IMG/VR virus record: IMGVR_UViG_3300022751_000016
Coordinates: 1-64,000 of that record
Length of the DNA: 64,000 bases
Origin: a virus
Direction: 5' to 3' (one strand)
Shown here: positions 10,082-18,974 of the stretch, piece by piece
Layout: the number at the start of each line of letters is the position of its first letter
Position numbering within the stretch: position 1 is the stretch's first letter
The notes under the pieces: model-generated
Told to the model about the DNA's origin: nothing
What the model saw: only the letters and a program-made list of their open reading frames with translations
Databases searched by the model: none
Made by a program: the position numbers and the translations under genes

Positions 10082-10422
10082 TTAATACCATCTTTTATTT
10101 CATATACAATCATACATATAAAAAGTACTATAATTGCATTTCGATATATTATATAATAGTTGTCAATTTCTACTTTAAAGCTTATTTCAGTGAGGGCATT
10201 TAAAATTACTACTGTAATAAAGGATAATTTAGCATATGCTTTCCATTCTTCAAAATACTCGTTAGCTCCTATCGTTGAAATAAGTAATAACAATGTATCT
10301 ATTTTTTCTATAAAGGGCTTATAAGTTTCATCATACAAGGTATAGTCTACAAAAAAGAAAAGTATCATATAAAATCCTAATAAAGTTATTGGGAATATTT
10401 CTGTGATACTTGTTAATTTCAT
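10066..10422 (-). CDS. Multi-pass membrane protein
   Basis: About four hydrophobic segments. Confidence 0.55.
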   Translation of the reverse strand: MKLTSITEIFPITLLGFYMILFFFVDYTLYDETYKPFIEKIDTLLLLISTIGANEYFEEWKAYAKLSFITVVILNALTEISFKVEIDNYYIIYRNAIIVLFICMIVYEIKDGIKCKYG

Positions 10423-10478
10423 TATTTTCTTGGTTTTGGCTTAGGTGCTCCTACTTTAGGTTTTGCTTTATTTTGCAT
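10422..10478 (-). CDS. 18-aa Lys/Pro-rich microprotein MQNKAKPKVGAPKPKPRK
   Basis: A-rich leader; its stop overlaps the next ATG as TAATG. Confidence 0.45.
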   Translation of the reverse strand: MQNKAKPKVGAPKPKPRK

Positions 10479-10491
10479 TGTTTTTATATTA

Positions 10492-10515
10492 GGGGGAGGG
10501 TATTAATTCTCCCCC
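10492..10515. terminator. GC-rich hairpin after the auxiliary capsid gene
   Basis: GGGGGAG/CTCCCCC stem; T-tract only on the plus side. Confidence 0.45.
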
Positions 10516-10522
10516 GTTTTTA

Positions 10523-12742
10523 TTAAATATTTCCGAAAGCCTGTACTGGTGATAAATTAGCAAGTACTGCCAACTTGTTTATCGCAGCTTCAATTGCTTG
10601 GTGATACCCTACTTCTACGTGCATGTGGTAAGTAATTGCCGTATCCATAGTGCTTGCGAATCCTTGTGCGTATCCATCATCTTTAACAGTTACTGCATAG
10701 TCCACGTATTGTTTTCTATTGTCAAGTACACTCTCTTCTCCTAAAACTGCTTTTGCGAAGTTGTTTCCTGGATGTCTTAAACTTCCATCAAAATAAACTC
10801 TTGCTTCAAACTCTTTCTCTCTTAAGTTTGCTCCTAAGTGGTCGCGGTCTTCTGCCCAAGATAACACTTTCACTGGGAAATTAGGATTGTATTGGTTTGT
10901 AGAAGCATTAACATCTTCAATATAACCTCCTGCTACTTTAATTCTAGTTGAAGTTTCATAGAAAGGGACTTCATCAATCAACCATTCGTCTGGGTCAAGA
11001 ATGAAAGGTTTACCTGTCAAACGAATACCCATTAAGGCATTTTCATTTGGAGTTCCCTCTACTTTAATCCAAGAAATGAAATCAAAATCTTTAGGTGCTT
11101 CTGAAGTAAATTTACCTACAAAGATTGGGTCACATTCTTCACACAAAATATCTGTTACCACTGTTGTTGAGTAAACTCTTTGGCAACCTCCAGCATCAGC
11201 TTCTACTACAAAATCAATTGCTGCTAATGTTCCCGCTAAGTTAGTTGTTGCATTTGCAATACTAATTGCTGGAAATTCTTCAGCTTCACCTGTAAATGTA
11301 AGTACTCCTGTATCTGCTGTAACTACCAAACCTGTAGCTGCTAGAATTGCTGCTGCGTGAGCTGTTACAAAGTTTGTTGCTGTAGTTGTTAAGTTTGTTG
11401 CGAAAGTAGCAAGATAGTCAGTACCTCCAACATTAATGTTCGCAGTACCTGAAGTACCAGTTAGAGTTAATGCTCTTGAAGCTGCTCCTGTAGCTCTTCC
11501 TTCTTCAATTACTAAGTTAGGATAAGATTTTTGCAATTCTTCTAATCTGCTTTCTCCACACTCTGAATCTTTCAATTGTATTGTGTAGCTTTCTACAGAC
11601 GCATAACAAGTTTCTCCATTTACCCATGCAGTTGATGTTGTAGTTCCATTAGAACATACCGCCACTACATCTCCAATCAATGTAAATGTAGCTGTACCTT
11701 TCACTGCTGTTGCTGCTACGAAAGTTGCAATTTGAGCATCTGTTAAGATATCTGTAACTACTAATGTATATAATCCCTTACCGTCAAAATTTCCTTTTCT
11801 TACTACCGTTCCTGTAACAAATCCTTCGATATCATCAACAGTTGTTGTTAAGTCTGCTCCATCATCTTCAATAGTTACAGCATAAACAATACCTGCATCT
11901 AATTCTGTATATCCCGCTCCACAATCTTCGCAACCTTTAATTAAAGATGGTAAGCTAGTTGTATAGTTAGCTAAAGATACAGTTGATGGGTGTAAAATTG
12001 TATAGGTAGAAGTTACTCCCACTCTTTCTGTGATTTCTACTCTATATAAAGGATATTGTGCTTGAACTAAAGCTAGTGCGTTAGAATCTCCTGAATCTGT
12101 TAAAGTTAAAGTTGAAAACACCCAAGCAGTTCCTGATAACGCTGGATTAGAGCTATCCACTATTTTTACATCAATATAATCTAAGATAGATACTCCTGTT
12201 GGAAGTAATTCTGCCTTAATTCTCTCTACAGCAGCTTCAACTACTTGTTGATTAGTTTGTCCTTCTACAACTCCAAAATGTATTTTAAATCTGTATTGGC
12301 AATGTTCTCCTAAAGCTCCGATTGGTTTACCTGATAAGATAATATCAATTGCTGTTGTATCTCCGTCCTCAAAAGCCATTCCTGTTTCAGGATTAATACC
12401 ATCATATCCAATTATGATATCGTCAAATTTCTGTACTGTTGTTTTTGGCGCAGAAACATAAATATCTTTAATCTGATTAGCTTTCCAAGGTAAAGAGCTG
12501 TAAGCTTTACTGTTTTGTGCAGTTCTTGTATTGGCTACTTTATGTTTTCCTAATCTAAATTCATAGATATTTTCTCTTGAGTGTCCTGCGAAATCAGCGA
12601 CTACTTTTGCTCCATTAATTGTTGGATTTTTTACATCTACAATTGCAAATTGACCTTTTGCTAGGTTTTTGCTTCCTCCTGTTGTTAATACGTTTCCGTT
12701 AATAAGGAAAAAGTCTCTGTCAAACGGTTTATGTAAACCCAT
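10523..12742 (-). CDS. crAss-like auxiliary capsid/structural protein
   Basis: 739 aa, codon bias like the MCP, Thr/Ala-rich insert; conserved position downstream of MCP in crAss-like phages. Confidence 0.6.
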   Translation of the reverse strand: MGLHKPFDRDFFLINGNVLTTGGSKNLAKGQFAIVDVKNPTINGAKVVADFAGHSRENIYEFRLGKHKVANTRTAQNSKAYSSLPWKANQIKDIYVSAPKTTVQKFDDIIIGYDGINPETGMAFEDGDTTAIDIILSGKPIGALGEHCQYRFKIHFGVVEGQTNQQVVEAAVERIKAELLPTGVSILDYIDVKIVDSSNPALSGTAWVFSTLTLTDSGDSNALALVQAQYPLYRVEITERVGVTSTYTILHPSTVSLANYTTSLPSLIKGCEDCGAGYTELDAGIVYAVTIEDDGADLTTTVDDIEGFVTGTVVRKGNFDGKGLYTLVVTDILTDAQIATFVAATAVKGTATFTLIGDVVAVCSNGTTTSTAWVNGETCYASVESYTIQLKDSECGESRLEELQKSYPNLVIEEGRATGAASRALTLTGTSGTANINVGGTDYLATFATNLTTTATNFVTAHAAAILAATGLVVTADTGVLTFTGEAEEFPAISIANATTNLAGTLAAIDFVVEADAGGCQRVYSTTVVTDILCEECDPIFVGKFTSEAPKDFDFISWIKVEGTPNENALMGIRLTGKPFILDPDEWLIDEVPFYETSTRIKVAGGYIEDVNASTNQYNPNFPVKVLSWAEDRDHLGANLREKEFEARVYFDGSLRHPGNNFAKAVLGEESVLDNRKQYVDYAVTVKDDGYAQGFASTMDTAITYHMHVEVGYHQAIEAAINKLAVLANLSPVQAFGNI

Positions 12743-12758
12743 AGTTATTCGTTTTTAT

Positions 12759-13424
12759 TTATATTTTAGTTATTGTTCTCTGTTTTTGTTGTTGGAAAAA
12801 TGGGTCTTCATTATTCAATTCAAATTCTCCCGCAGCAGATGATAGTATTCTATCTATTACTTTATCATCAAACTCTAATTTTTTATTTTCGTCAAATTGA
12901 CTTTCTGGGTCTTCTGAATCTATTAATGAAATTTGTTGTGCATATCTGTAGTATGATAATAGAATTTCATCAACTTTAAAATCTTCATAGTAGACTTTTA
13001 TAGAATCTGAATTTATGTTGAATGGTGCTTCTCTCCATAAAAAAGATGGTCTTTGAAACTCATCCATTAAAATCTCGTTCTTATTTTCTTCTTTAAACTC
13101 GTAAAGATAGACTTTTTGATTAACGCAAACTCCTTTAGAACAAGAAGCATAAGTATTTGCAAAATCGAAGTAGTTTTCTGGTAATTTAAAACTATAGTAT
13201 TCTAAGGTTTTTGTGTTAAAAGGGATTCTTTTATTCGGTACTAAAAGTTTTTGTATGTACCGTATATCATCCTCTCCTTTCCTATCTAACATAAACTCTA
13301 CATATTTGTTTTGAGCTTCGTTAAATATTATTACAAACCTACCTCGGTCTGTGGAGAGATTATCATTTACTCCGTTTTTTTCTACTTTTAATAAGTACCT
13401 TTGGTAGGCTTGTTCAACTAACAT
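12759..13424 (-). CDS. Ring/head-tail adaptor protein
   Basis: FNEAQ helix and LSYYRY motif typical of crAss ring proteins; position. Confidence 0.6.
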   Translation of the reverse strand: MLVEQAYQRYLLKVEKNGVNDNLSTDRGRFVIIFNEAQNKYVEFMLDRKGEDDIRYIQKLLVPNKRIPFNTKTLEYYSFKLPENYFDFANTYASCSKGVCVNQKVYLYEFKEENKNEILMDEFQRPSFLWREAPFNINSDSIKVYYEDFKVDEILLSYYRYAQQISLIDSEDPESQFDENKKLEFDDKVIDRILSSAAGEFELNNEDPFFQQQKQRTITKI

Positions 13425-13427
13425 TTA

Positions 13428-14387
13428 TTATTGTTTTTCTTTTTCTACTGCCTCTGCAACTTTGATTTTTAAATCTTTGTCTTTAATGACTCTGGCAGTT
13501 GCATCTTTCAAGTTACCTCCTAATACAGTTCCATTCAAATAAAGTTCTCCGTATTCTTCGGTAATTACTCTAGAGCGTCTCAACTGTGTTAATATTGCAA
13601 AAGTTTCAAATTCTTGTTTTCCTTTTGGAGTGTTGCTTTGTTTCTTAGCTTCCAAAAATCTTTTAATATTATTAGAGCCTGATTTCTTATCTTCTAGGAA
13701 CTCCATCACAATTCCTGTAATAGTTTTATCGTCTAGTTTTCTATTTGAAATTACTCCAATGTATTCTAGGATATTGAAAAGCAACTCTTTATTATTATGT
13801 AATAAAGTATAGAAGTTTCCAATTGCTTCTGCTTTTTCGTATTGTTTTTGTTCTTTAAGACTTACAGCAGCTTCTTTATTTACAATGCAATATTTTGCTT
13901 TACTCGCAAACGGTTTGCTTTTATCTTCTGGTCGAACCACATGCATATTTAAAACAGCAATATACAGTTCTAAAGCGTCTTTTTGGTCTTTTGTGTTGAA
14001 AACTTTTCCGTTGTAAATATCTCCGCCGAAATTATCCCAAAATTCATTGTTTGATTGTCGATAGTCTAATATATTTTCTCCCATAATACTTTCATATGGT
14101 TCTACTATATTACTTACAAGAGCTTCAACTTTTGTATTTATATCCTCTCTGTTCATTCCTTCATAACAAGGGGAAGTTGGATAGAATCCTGTGTCCCATA
14201 CTCTTTTATTGTCATCAAAATGACAGGGAGCTGATTCTTTTATACCCTTCATCAAGAGCTTTGATGTTTCATATTTAATAAATCCATCTGGGGCATCTAA
14301 ATCTGGCTTAGGTATTACTTGATACAAAGTATCTGATTTTATTTCAATTCCATTAATCTCTAATGAGAATCCTTTTTCTTTTGACAT
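13428..14387 (-). CDS. Conserved crAss-like capsid-module protein downstream of MCP
   Basis: Position; start moved to ATG 14387 because the TTG at 14417 lies in the promoter. Confidence 0.5.
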   Translation of the reverse strand: MSKEKGFSLEINGIEIKSDTLYQVIPKPDLDAPDGFIKYETSKLLMKGIKESAPCHFDDNKRVWDTGFYPTSPCYEGMNREDINTKVEALVSNIVEPYESIMGENILDYRQSNNEFWDNFGGDIYNGKVFNTKDQKDALELYIAVLNMHVVRPEDKSKPFASKAKYCIVNKEAAVSLKEQKQYEKAEAIGNFYTLLHNNKELLFNILEYIGVISNRKLDDKTITGIVMEFLEDKKSGSNNIKRFLEAKKQSNTPKGKQEFETFAILTQLRRSRVITEEYGELYLNGTVLGGNLKDATARVIKDKDLKIKVAEAVEKEKQ

Positions 14388-14414
14388 TCTATTGGTTTTT
14401 TGGTTTAACTTCTG

Positions 14415-14465
14415 CAAATATACACCTATAAAAATGTTCTTGCAAATTGATTACTTTTTGTGTAA
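14415..14465 (-). promoter_or_regulatory. Promoter with upstream phage box
   Basis: TTACACAAAAAGTAATCAATTTG-N20-TATATTTG. Confidence 0.75.
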
Positions 14466-15989
14466 TCAAGATTCCATTTTTATTCGTCCGCAATCATATA
14501 TTCTATGTGGCTCTATTTTATCAGGAATCTCTTCGTTTTCTTTATATCTTGTATTACTATAAAAATAATAATATTTAGGTTTTGTCTCTTCTATAATTTT
14601 AAATCCTAATTTTTGATAGTATTTATAATCCAACCATCTTTTATCTTCTTCTACTATTATATTAGCATGATTAGAACTGTAATGATTAAATAACTTGTCT
14701 ACTCTTACTTCAGTATTTAATTTTGAGGATATTGTTTTTATTATGTTGTCTTCGGCAATTAACACTTGAATCAAATCTTCATTATTGTACAAGCCTAACC
14801 TTACACTTCCTTGATAGTTTTCTAGAGAATTACGGTTTAAGAATTCTTCTGTTTGTTCTTCAGTTACTTCTTTTACTTCTAGGTTGTAATCTTCTATAAT
14901 GTGTTTATATATTCCTAAATATCCTAGAATTTTAGATTTTACTACTTCCTCTTTATTTACCCATTCATCTTCAAAAACGTGAACCAAATCGTATCCTTTC
15001 TTATTAGCATTTACTGTTTTATTCAGATGATAGTCATTATCTATAAATTTTTCAGAATGCCAGTATAATCCATCATATTCTATTGCTAATTTCTTACTTT
15101 CAACAACTATATCTAACTCCTGTCTTCCTAATATACTTCTGTTGGATTGTTGTGTTTCAAAATGTTCTGACAAGAAGTTATATAATACGTTTTCTTTTCT
15201 AGAACTATTGTTTATACATTTTGGGCAGCCTTTTCCTGATAAGTGATTGCTTACCCTTTGTTCAAAATCTCCGTGACTTCTGCAAGTTATTGTTATATTA
15301 CTTTTAGCATTTTTATAAATAGATTTAGTGTAATCAAATTTAAAATCATGTACAATATCTGCTTTATTAACGAAATCTTGTTTAGAGTAACTCTTACTTT
15401 CTGCTGTTTTTAACCTTCCACATTCAGGACACCCGTGACCTCTGGTATGGTTTATTGCCGTTTGTTTAAATATCCCATGAATTGGACAACTAATGTTTAC
15501 AAAATCTATCCTATTTTTCCAATTTAAATCAGGATAACTGTAGAAATTATTATGAACCTTGTTGAATTCCTCTACTTGTTTTTCTATTGGAATTCTACTG
15601 TTTATTTTCCCATTTTCTACGCCACACTTTTTACATCCACTTCTAAGATGGTCAGATGCTCTCTGTGAGAATTCACCATGTATAGGGCATTGTATGTATA
15701 TGACATCTGATAATCTAGTTAAAGTTGTATTTGGATAAGAGTAGAAGTTTTCGTGTTTATCTTTCACCAATTCTAAAAAATTCTCCAACCCTATTTGATT
15801 TTTCATCGACATTCTGTCAAAACCACACCTGTTACAGCCTGATTTATAGTGACTGTCTGGAGTTTGTTGAAATACTCCGTGAATTGGGCAAATTATATCT
15901 ACTTTATCTTTTGCTCTGGTATAAACAACTTTACTATAATCATAAAAACTATTATGCTTACTATTTGCCTTCTCGTAATTAAATCCCAT
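14466..15989 (-). CDS. Free-standing homing endonuclease (DUF723-type Zn repeats + PD-(D/E)xK nuclease)
   Basis: Four CxxHG...CxxC repeats, ELDI....LAIEYDGLYWHS, terminal YDCG. Confidence 0.8.
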   Translation of the reverse strand: MGFNYEKANSKHNSFYDYSKVVYTRAKDKVDIICPIHGVFQQTPDSHYKSGCNRCGFDRMSMKNQIGLENFLELVKDKHENFYSYPNTTLTRLSDVIYIQCPIHGEFSQRASDHLRSGCKKCGVENGKINSRIPIEKQVEEFNKVHNNFYSYPDLNWKNRIDFVNISCPIHGIFKQTAINHTRGHGCPECGRLKTAESKSYSKQDFVNKADIVHDFKFDYTKSIYKNAKSNITITCRSHGDFEQRVSNHLSGKGCPKCINNSSRKENVLYNFLSEHFETQQSNRSILGRQELDIVVESKKLAIEYDGLYWHSEKFIDNDYHLNKTVNANKKGYDLVHVFEDEWVNKEEVVKSKILGYLGIYKHIIEDYNLEVKEVTEEQTEEFLNRNSLENYQGSVRLGLYNNEDLIQVLIAEDNIIKTISSKLNTEVRVDKLFNHYSSNHANIIVEEDKRWLDYKYYQKLGFKIIEETKPKYYYFYSNTRYKENEEIPDKIEPHRIYDCGRIKMES

Positions 15990-16033
15990 ATTTACTTTTT
16001 TGTAAACAAAGATATTAAATTTTATTCATATTA

Positions 16034-16057
16034 CCAAGAGGATTTTACCCCTCTTGG
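16034..16057. terminator. Hairpin after MCP
   Basis: CCAAGAGG/CCTCTTGG perfect stem. Confidence 0.5.
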
Positions 16058-16079
16058 CTTTTAATTTTTATTGTTAATA

Positions 16080-17774
16080 TTAGTTATAACCTTTAGCTGC
16101 AATCTCGTCTAATTCAAGCATTACAAAGCGTGATGGGTCTGCAATCCAGACAGCGCTGTTGTTATAGCAAAAATATTCTTGCCCCATTTCTTTAAAACTT
16201 GCTACAATATCTGTTGCTGTTCTACTGTCATATCGGCCTGTTCTTCTACCCCAATAAACATATTCTCCTTCAGGTTTAACCATGTATACATTGGCTCTAG
16301 AATTTCCACCTTCAATAAGTTTTGTACCTTTTGGCATTTGTTTATTATTAGAATACTCTTGGTCTAAAGCATCCCAGATAATTACAGAGTAAGCTGTTTG
16401 GTCGTAACCATTTTCATGCATACCTGACAATCTTCTGTCTGCAAGTCCCATGTGATTCAATGAAGTATCTTCAACGATTTCAACATATCCAATTCCAGGT
16501 AAGAATACATTCGTAAAACGGATAACTTTTAAAGTCAAGTTATACAAATCTCCAGACACTGGATTACTAGGTAATACTCTATCTGCTCCAAGCAAATTAG
16601 ATACCATATTCAATTGTTCTTTTACCTCTGCGTCAAAAATTTGTAGAATGTTATTATATGCTGGAGTACCTGCTTTTAATTTCAATCTTCTTTCAATAAC
16701 TGGTAATGTAGGGTTAGCTCTAAATACGTAGTCAGCCATATCTTTAATATGTTCTTTAGTGATACCGCCTTTTCTACCGTATTTTTTAACAAAACCTCTT
16801 CTTAATTGCGGCCATAAACCTTCGTTGTAACGAGTAGTTCCATTTGCTGATTTAATCACCCCTCCTTTTTGGAACATGTGAGATGCTGCTGTCAATCTGT
16901 CTAATTCACGTAAAGTTAAAAATTCCATTACAGAACCTACTCTACCTGTTTTTTTGATTGGATTTCCTGCTTTATCTGTATCCATCATTACCATCAATTC
17001 TCCGATATTATTACTCTCAGACATAATGTCATCAATATAATCTTGAGTTGCTGCTATACCTCCTGCCAATCTCACAGAATCAGCTTTACCTGTTACGAAA
17101 GATTCAGCTCCTCTAGGACTACCTAGTTGAAATTCGCAAGTCATGTACCCTGTTGATAATGGCATTCTAACTTTTGCAAGTCTTGTTCCAAATTCAGCTA
17201 CACCATGTCCAGTTACAAAATACTGAATACCTTTTGCTAACAATTGTTTTGGATAATATGCGTCTGGGTCTTTTGTATTTAACAAAACTGTATGTTCAAA
17301 TCCATCTGATTTAGCTCTTACAGGTTCTGCTTCTGAAACTACAATTTCTTGTCCTCTATAAGCATCTGCTGTTAGGGTTGTTCCAGGAGCTAGTTCTTCG
17401 TTCAATACAATTTTGAAAGTTGTTTCGTCAATACCCGCGAATTCTTGATGAGACATATCAACCACTGTAATCATTTCGTCTACAGAATCAACTGGTAAAT
17501 CATAAGTGAATCTACCTTCCCATCCATTAACTTCTAAGATACTTTTATTAGCTAATAATTCGTTAGTAATGCTGTACTGATACTTCGTGCGTCCTTGTTG
17601 ACCAAAGAAGGTTTGAAGTTTCATGTGATTTTTTAAAGGGTCTTCTCTATACCATGTATGTAAAGATGCCCAATCTTGGTATCCTCCTCTGTTTTTTAAA
17701 TCCTGCCCTTTCATAAAACCAATTACTTGGTCTCCATTCCTTAGTAAAGGCATATTCGTAGTTTGTACGCTCAT
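16080..17774 (-). CDS. Major capsid protein (crAss-like)
   Basis: 564 aa with NEGLWPQLRRG motif and biased codons; follows portal and scaffold in crAss-like gene order. Confidence 0.8.
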   Translation of the reverse strand: MSVQTTNMPLLRNGDQVIGFMKGQDLKNRGGYQDWASLHTWYREDPLKNHMKLQTFFGQQGRTKYQYSITNELLANKSILEVNGWEGRFTYDLPVDSVDEMITVVDMSHQEFAGIDETTFKIVLNEELAPGTTLTADAYRGQEIVVSEAEPVRAKSDGFEHTVLLNTKDPDAYYPKQLLAKGIQYFVTGHGVAEFGTRLAKVRMPLSTGYMTCEFQLGSPRGAESFVTGKADSVRLAGGIAATQDYIDDIMSESNNIGELMVMMDTDKAGNPIKKTGRVGSVMEFLTLRELDRLTAASHMFQKGGVIKSANGTTRYNEGLWPQLRRGFVKKYGRKGGITKEHIKDMADYVFRANPTLPVIERRLKLKAGTPAYNNILQIFDAEVKEQLNMVSNLLGADRVLPSNPVSGDLYNLTLKVIRFTNVFLPGIGYVEIVEDTSLNHMGLADRRLSGMHENGYDQTAYSVIIWDALDQEYSNNKQMPKGTKLIEGGNSRANVYMVKPEGEYVYWGRRTGRYDSRTATDIVASFKEMGQEYFCYNNSAVWIADPSRFVMLELDEIAAKGYN

Positions 17775-17801
17775 TTTGTTATATTAATTTTATGTTTGAA
17801 T

Positions 17802-18866
17802 TTATTTTTTTGGGTAAAAATCTGCCCAGTTATCGTCTGTTTTTTCTACTTTTTCCTGCGCCGTGTTTGTCGCTTTTTTATCTACTGTGCTAATTGTAAT
17901 GAAAGTGTCTAAAGCTGTTTTGTTCTTTACTTTTGCACCTAAAAATTCTTCAAATCCTTTTGGGTCGTTTAGAAATAAATTAAGCTTGCTATAAAATTCT
18001 GGGTCTGCTTTAGCTTTAAAGTATAAACTGTCTGTTTTTGTCAGTCCTTGTTTATCTCTGATTGTTGCCGCGTCAATAAGATTTTTAGAAACTGTATCTT
18101 TTAAGCCAAATTCTTTGTAAGTTTCATTAAGATTTTTTCTGTAGACTTTAGTATCTTCTTCTAATTTCTTAACTTCTTCTTTCTTGGCTTCTAGTTTTGC
18201 ATCAACCATATTAGTGTAAGACTTATTAATCTGTTCTACACATTCTGCTGTTTCTGCATCTAATTTAAAGTCGGATTCCAATTCTTTAATTACATTGGTA
18301 ATAACTTTGTCACTCAGTCCTTGAGCTTTATATTTATGATATACAATATTTCTTTGAATATTAATATCTTCTAAATCTAATCCTTCTAGTGGGTGAACTA
18401 TTTCCGCACTATATTGTAACAGTTCTCTAACATCTCCGCCTAATTTTCTAAGCTCAATTAATTTGATGTCATTTTCGTCTAAATCTTCTGTTGAAATATA
18501 CTTTCCTTTATCTTTCTCAGCTTTTAAGTTTTTCTGTCCTTGTTTTAATTTACTAAAGACATCTTTACTTACATTTTTAAGTTCTGATAAAAGTATTTTT
18601 TCTCCGTCGATTTCTACTTGTCCGTCTTCCCAATCTCCCTCTTCAATAAAGTCTTTAATTAAATCAGAATAAAAATCGTTTCCTACAGGAGTTTCAATTT
18701 TTGTTTCTGGAATTTCTGGTTCTTTAGTTGTTGGTGGAGTTTCTTCGTCTTTCTTTTCTTCAAAAAAGATATCCGTCTCTTGTGGTGTAACTGCTGTTGT
18801 CACTTCACCTGTTGCAAACATATCCTCCAGAGTTGGAGTAATTTGCTCTTGTGTTGTTTCGCTCAT
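17802..18866 (-). CDS. Acidic helical putative scaffold protein
   Basis: Acidic low-complexity N-terminus and coiled coil; between portal and MCP. Confidence 0.55.
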   Translation of the reverse strand: MSETTQEQITPTLEDMFATGEVTTAVTPQETDIFFEEKKDEETPPTTKEPEIPETKIETPVGNDFYSDLIKDFIEEGDWEDGQVEIDGEKILLSELKNVSKDVFSKLKQGQKNLKAEKDKGKYISTEDLDENDIKLIELRKLGGDVRELLQYSAEIVHPLEGLDLEDINIQRNIVYHKYKAQGLSDKVITNVIKELESDFKLDAETAECVEQINKSYTNMVDAKLEAKKEEVKKLEEDTKVYRKNLNETYKEFGLKDTVSKNLIDAATIRDKQGLTKTDSLYFKAKADPEFYSKLNLFLNDPKGFEEFLGAKVKNKTALDTFITISTVDKKATNTAQEKVEKTDDNWADFYPKK

Positions 18867-18879
18867 TTTAATTATGGTG

Positions 18880-18930
18880 TAAAAGTAATTGGTTTATTTT
18901 TAATTCTAAAATTGGTTAGTTCTATAATAA
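18880..18930 (-). promoter_or_regulatory. Promoter with degenerate upstream phage box
   Basis: TTATTATAGAACTAACCAATTTT-N20-TACTTTTA. Confidence 0.6.
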
Positions 18931-18974
18931 TTATTATTTTTTTAAGTAATCATTACTAAATTTAGTAACCATCT

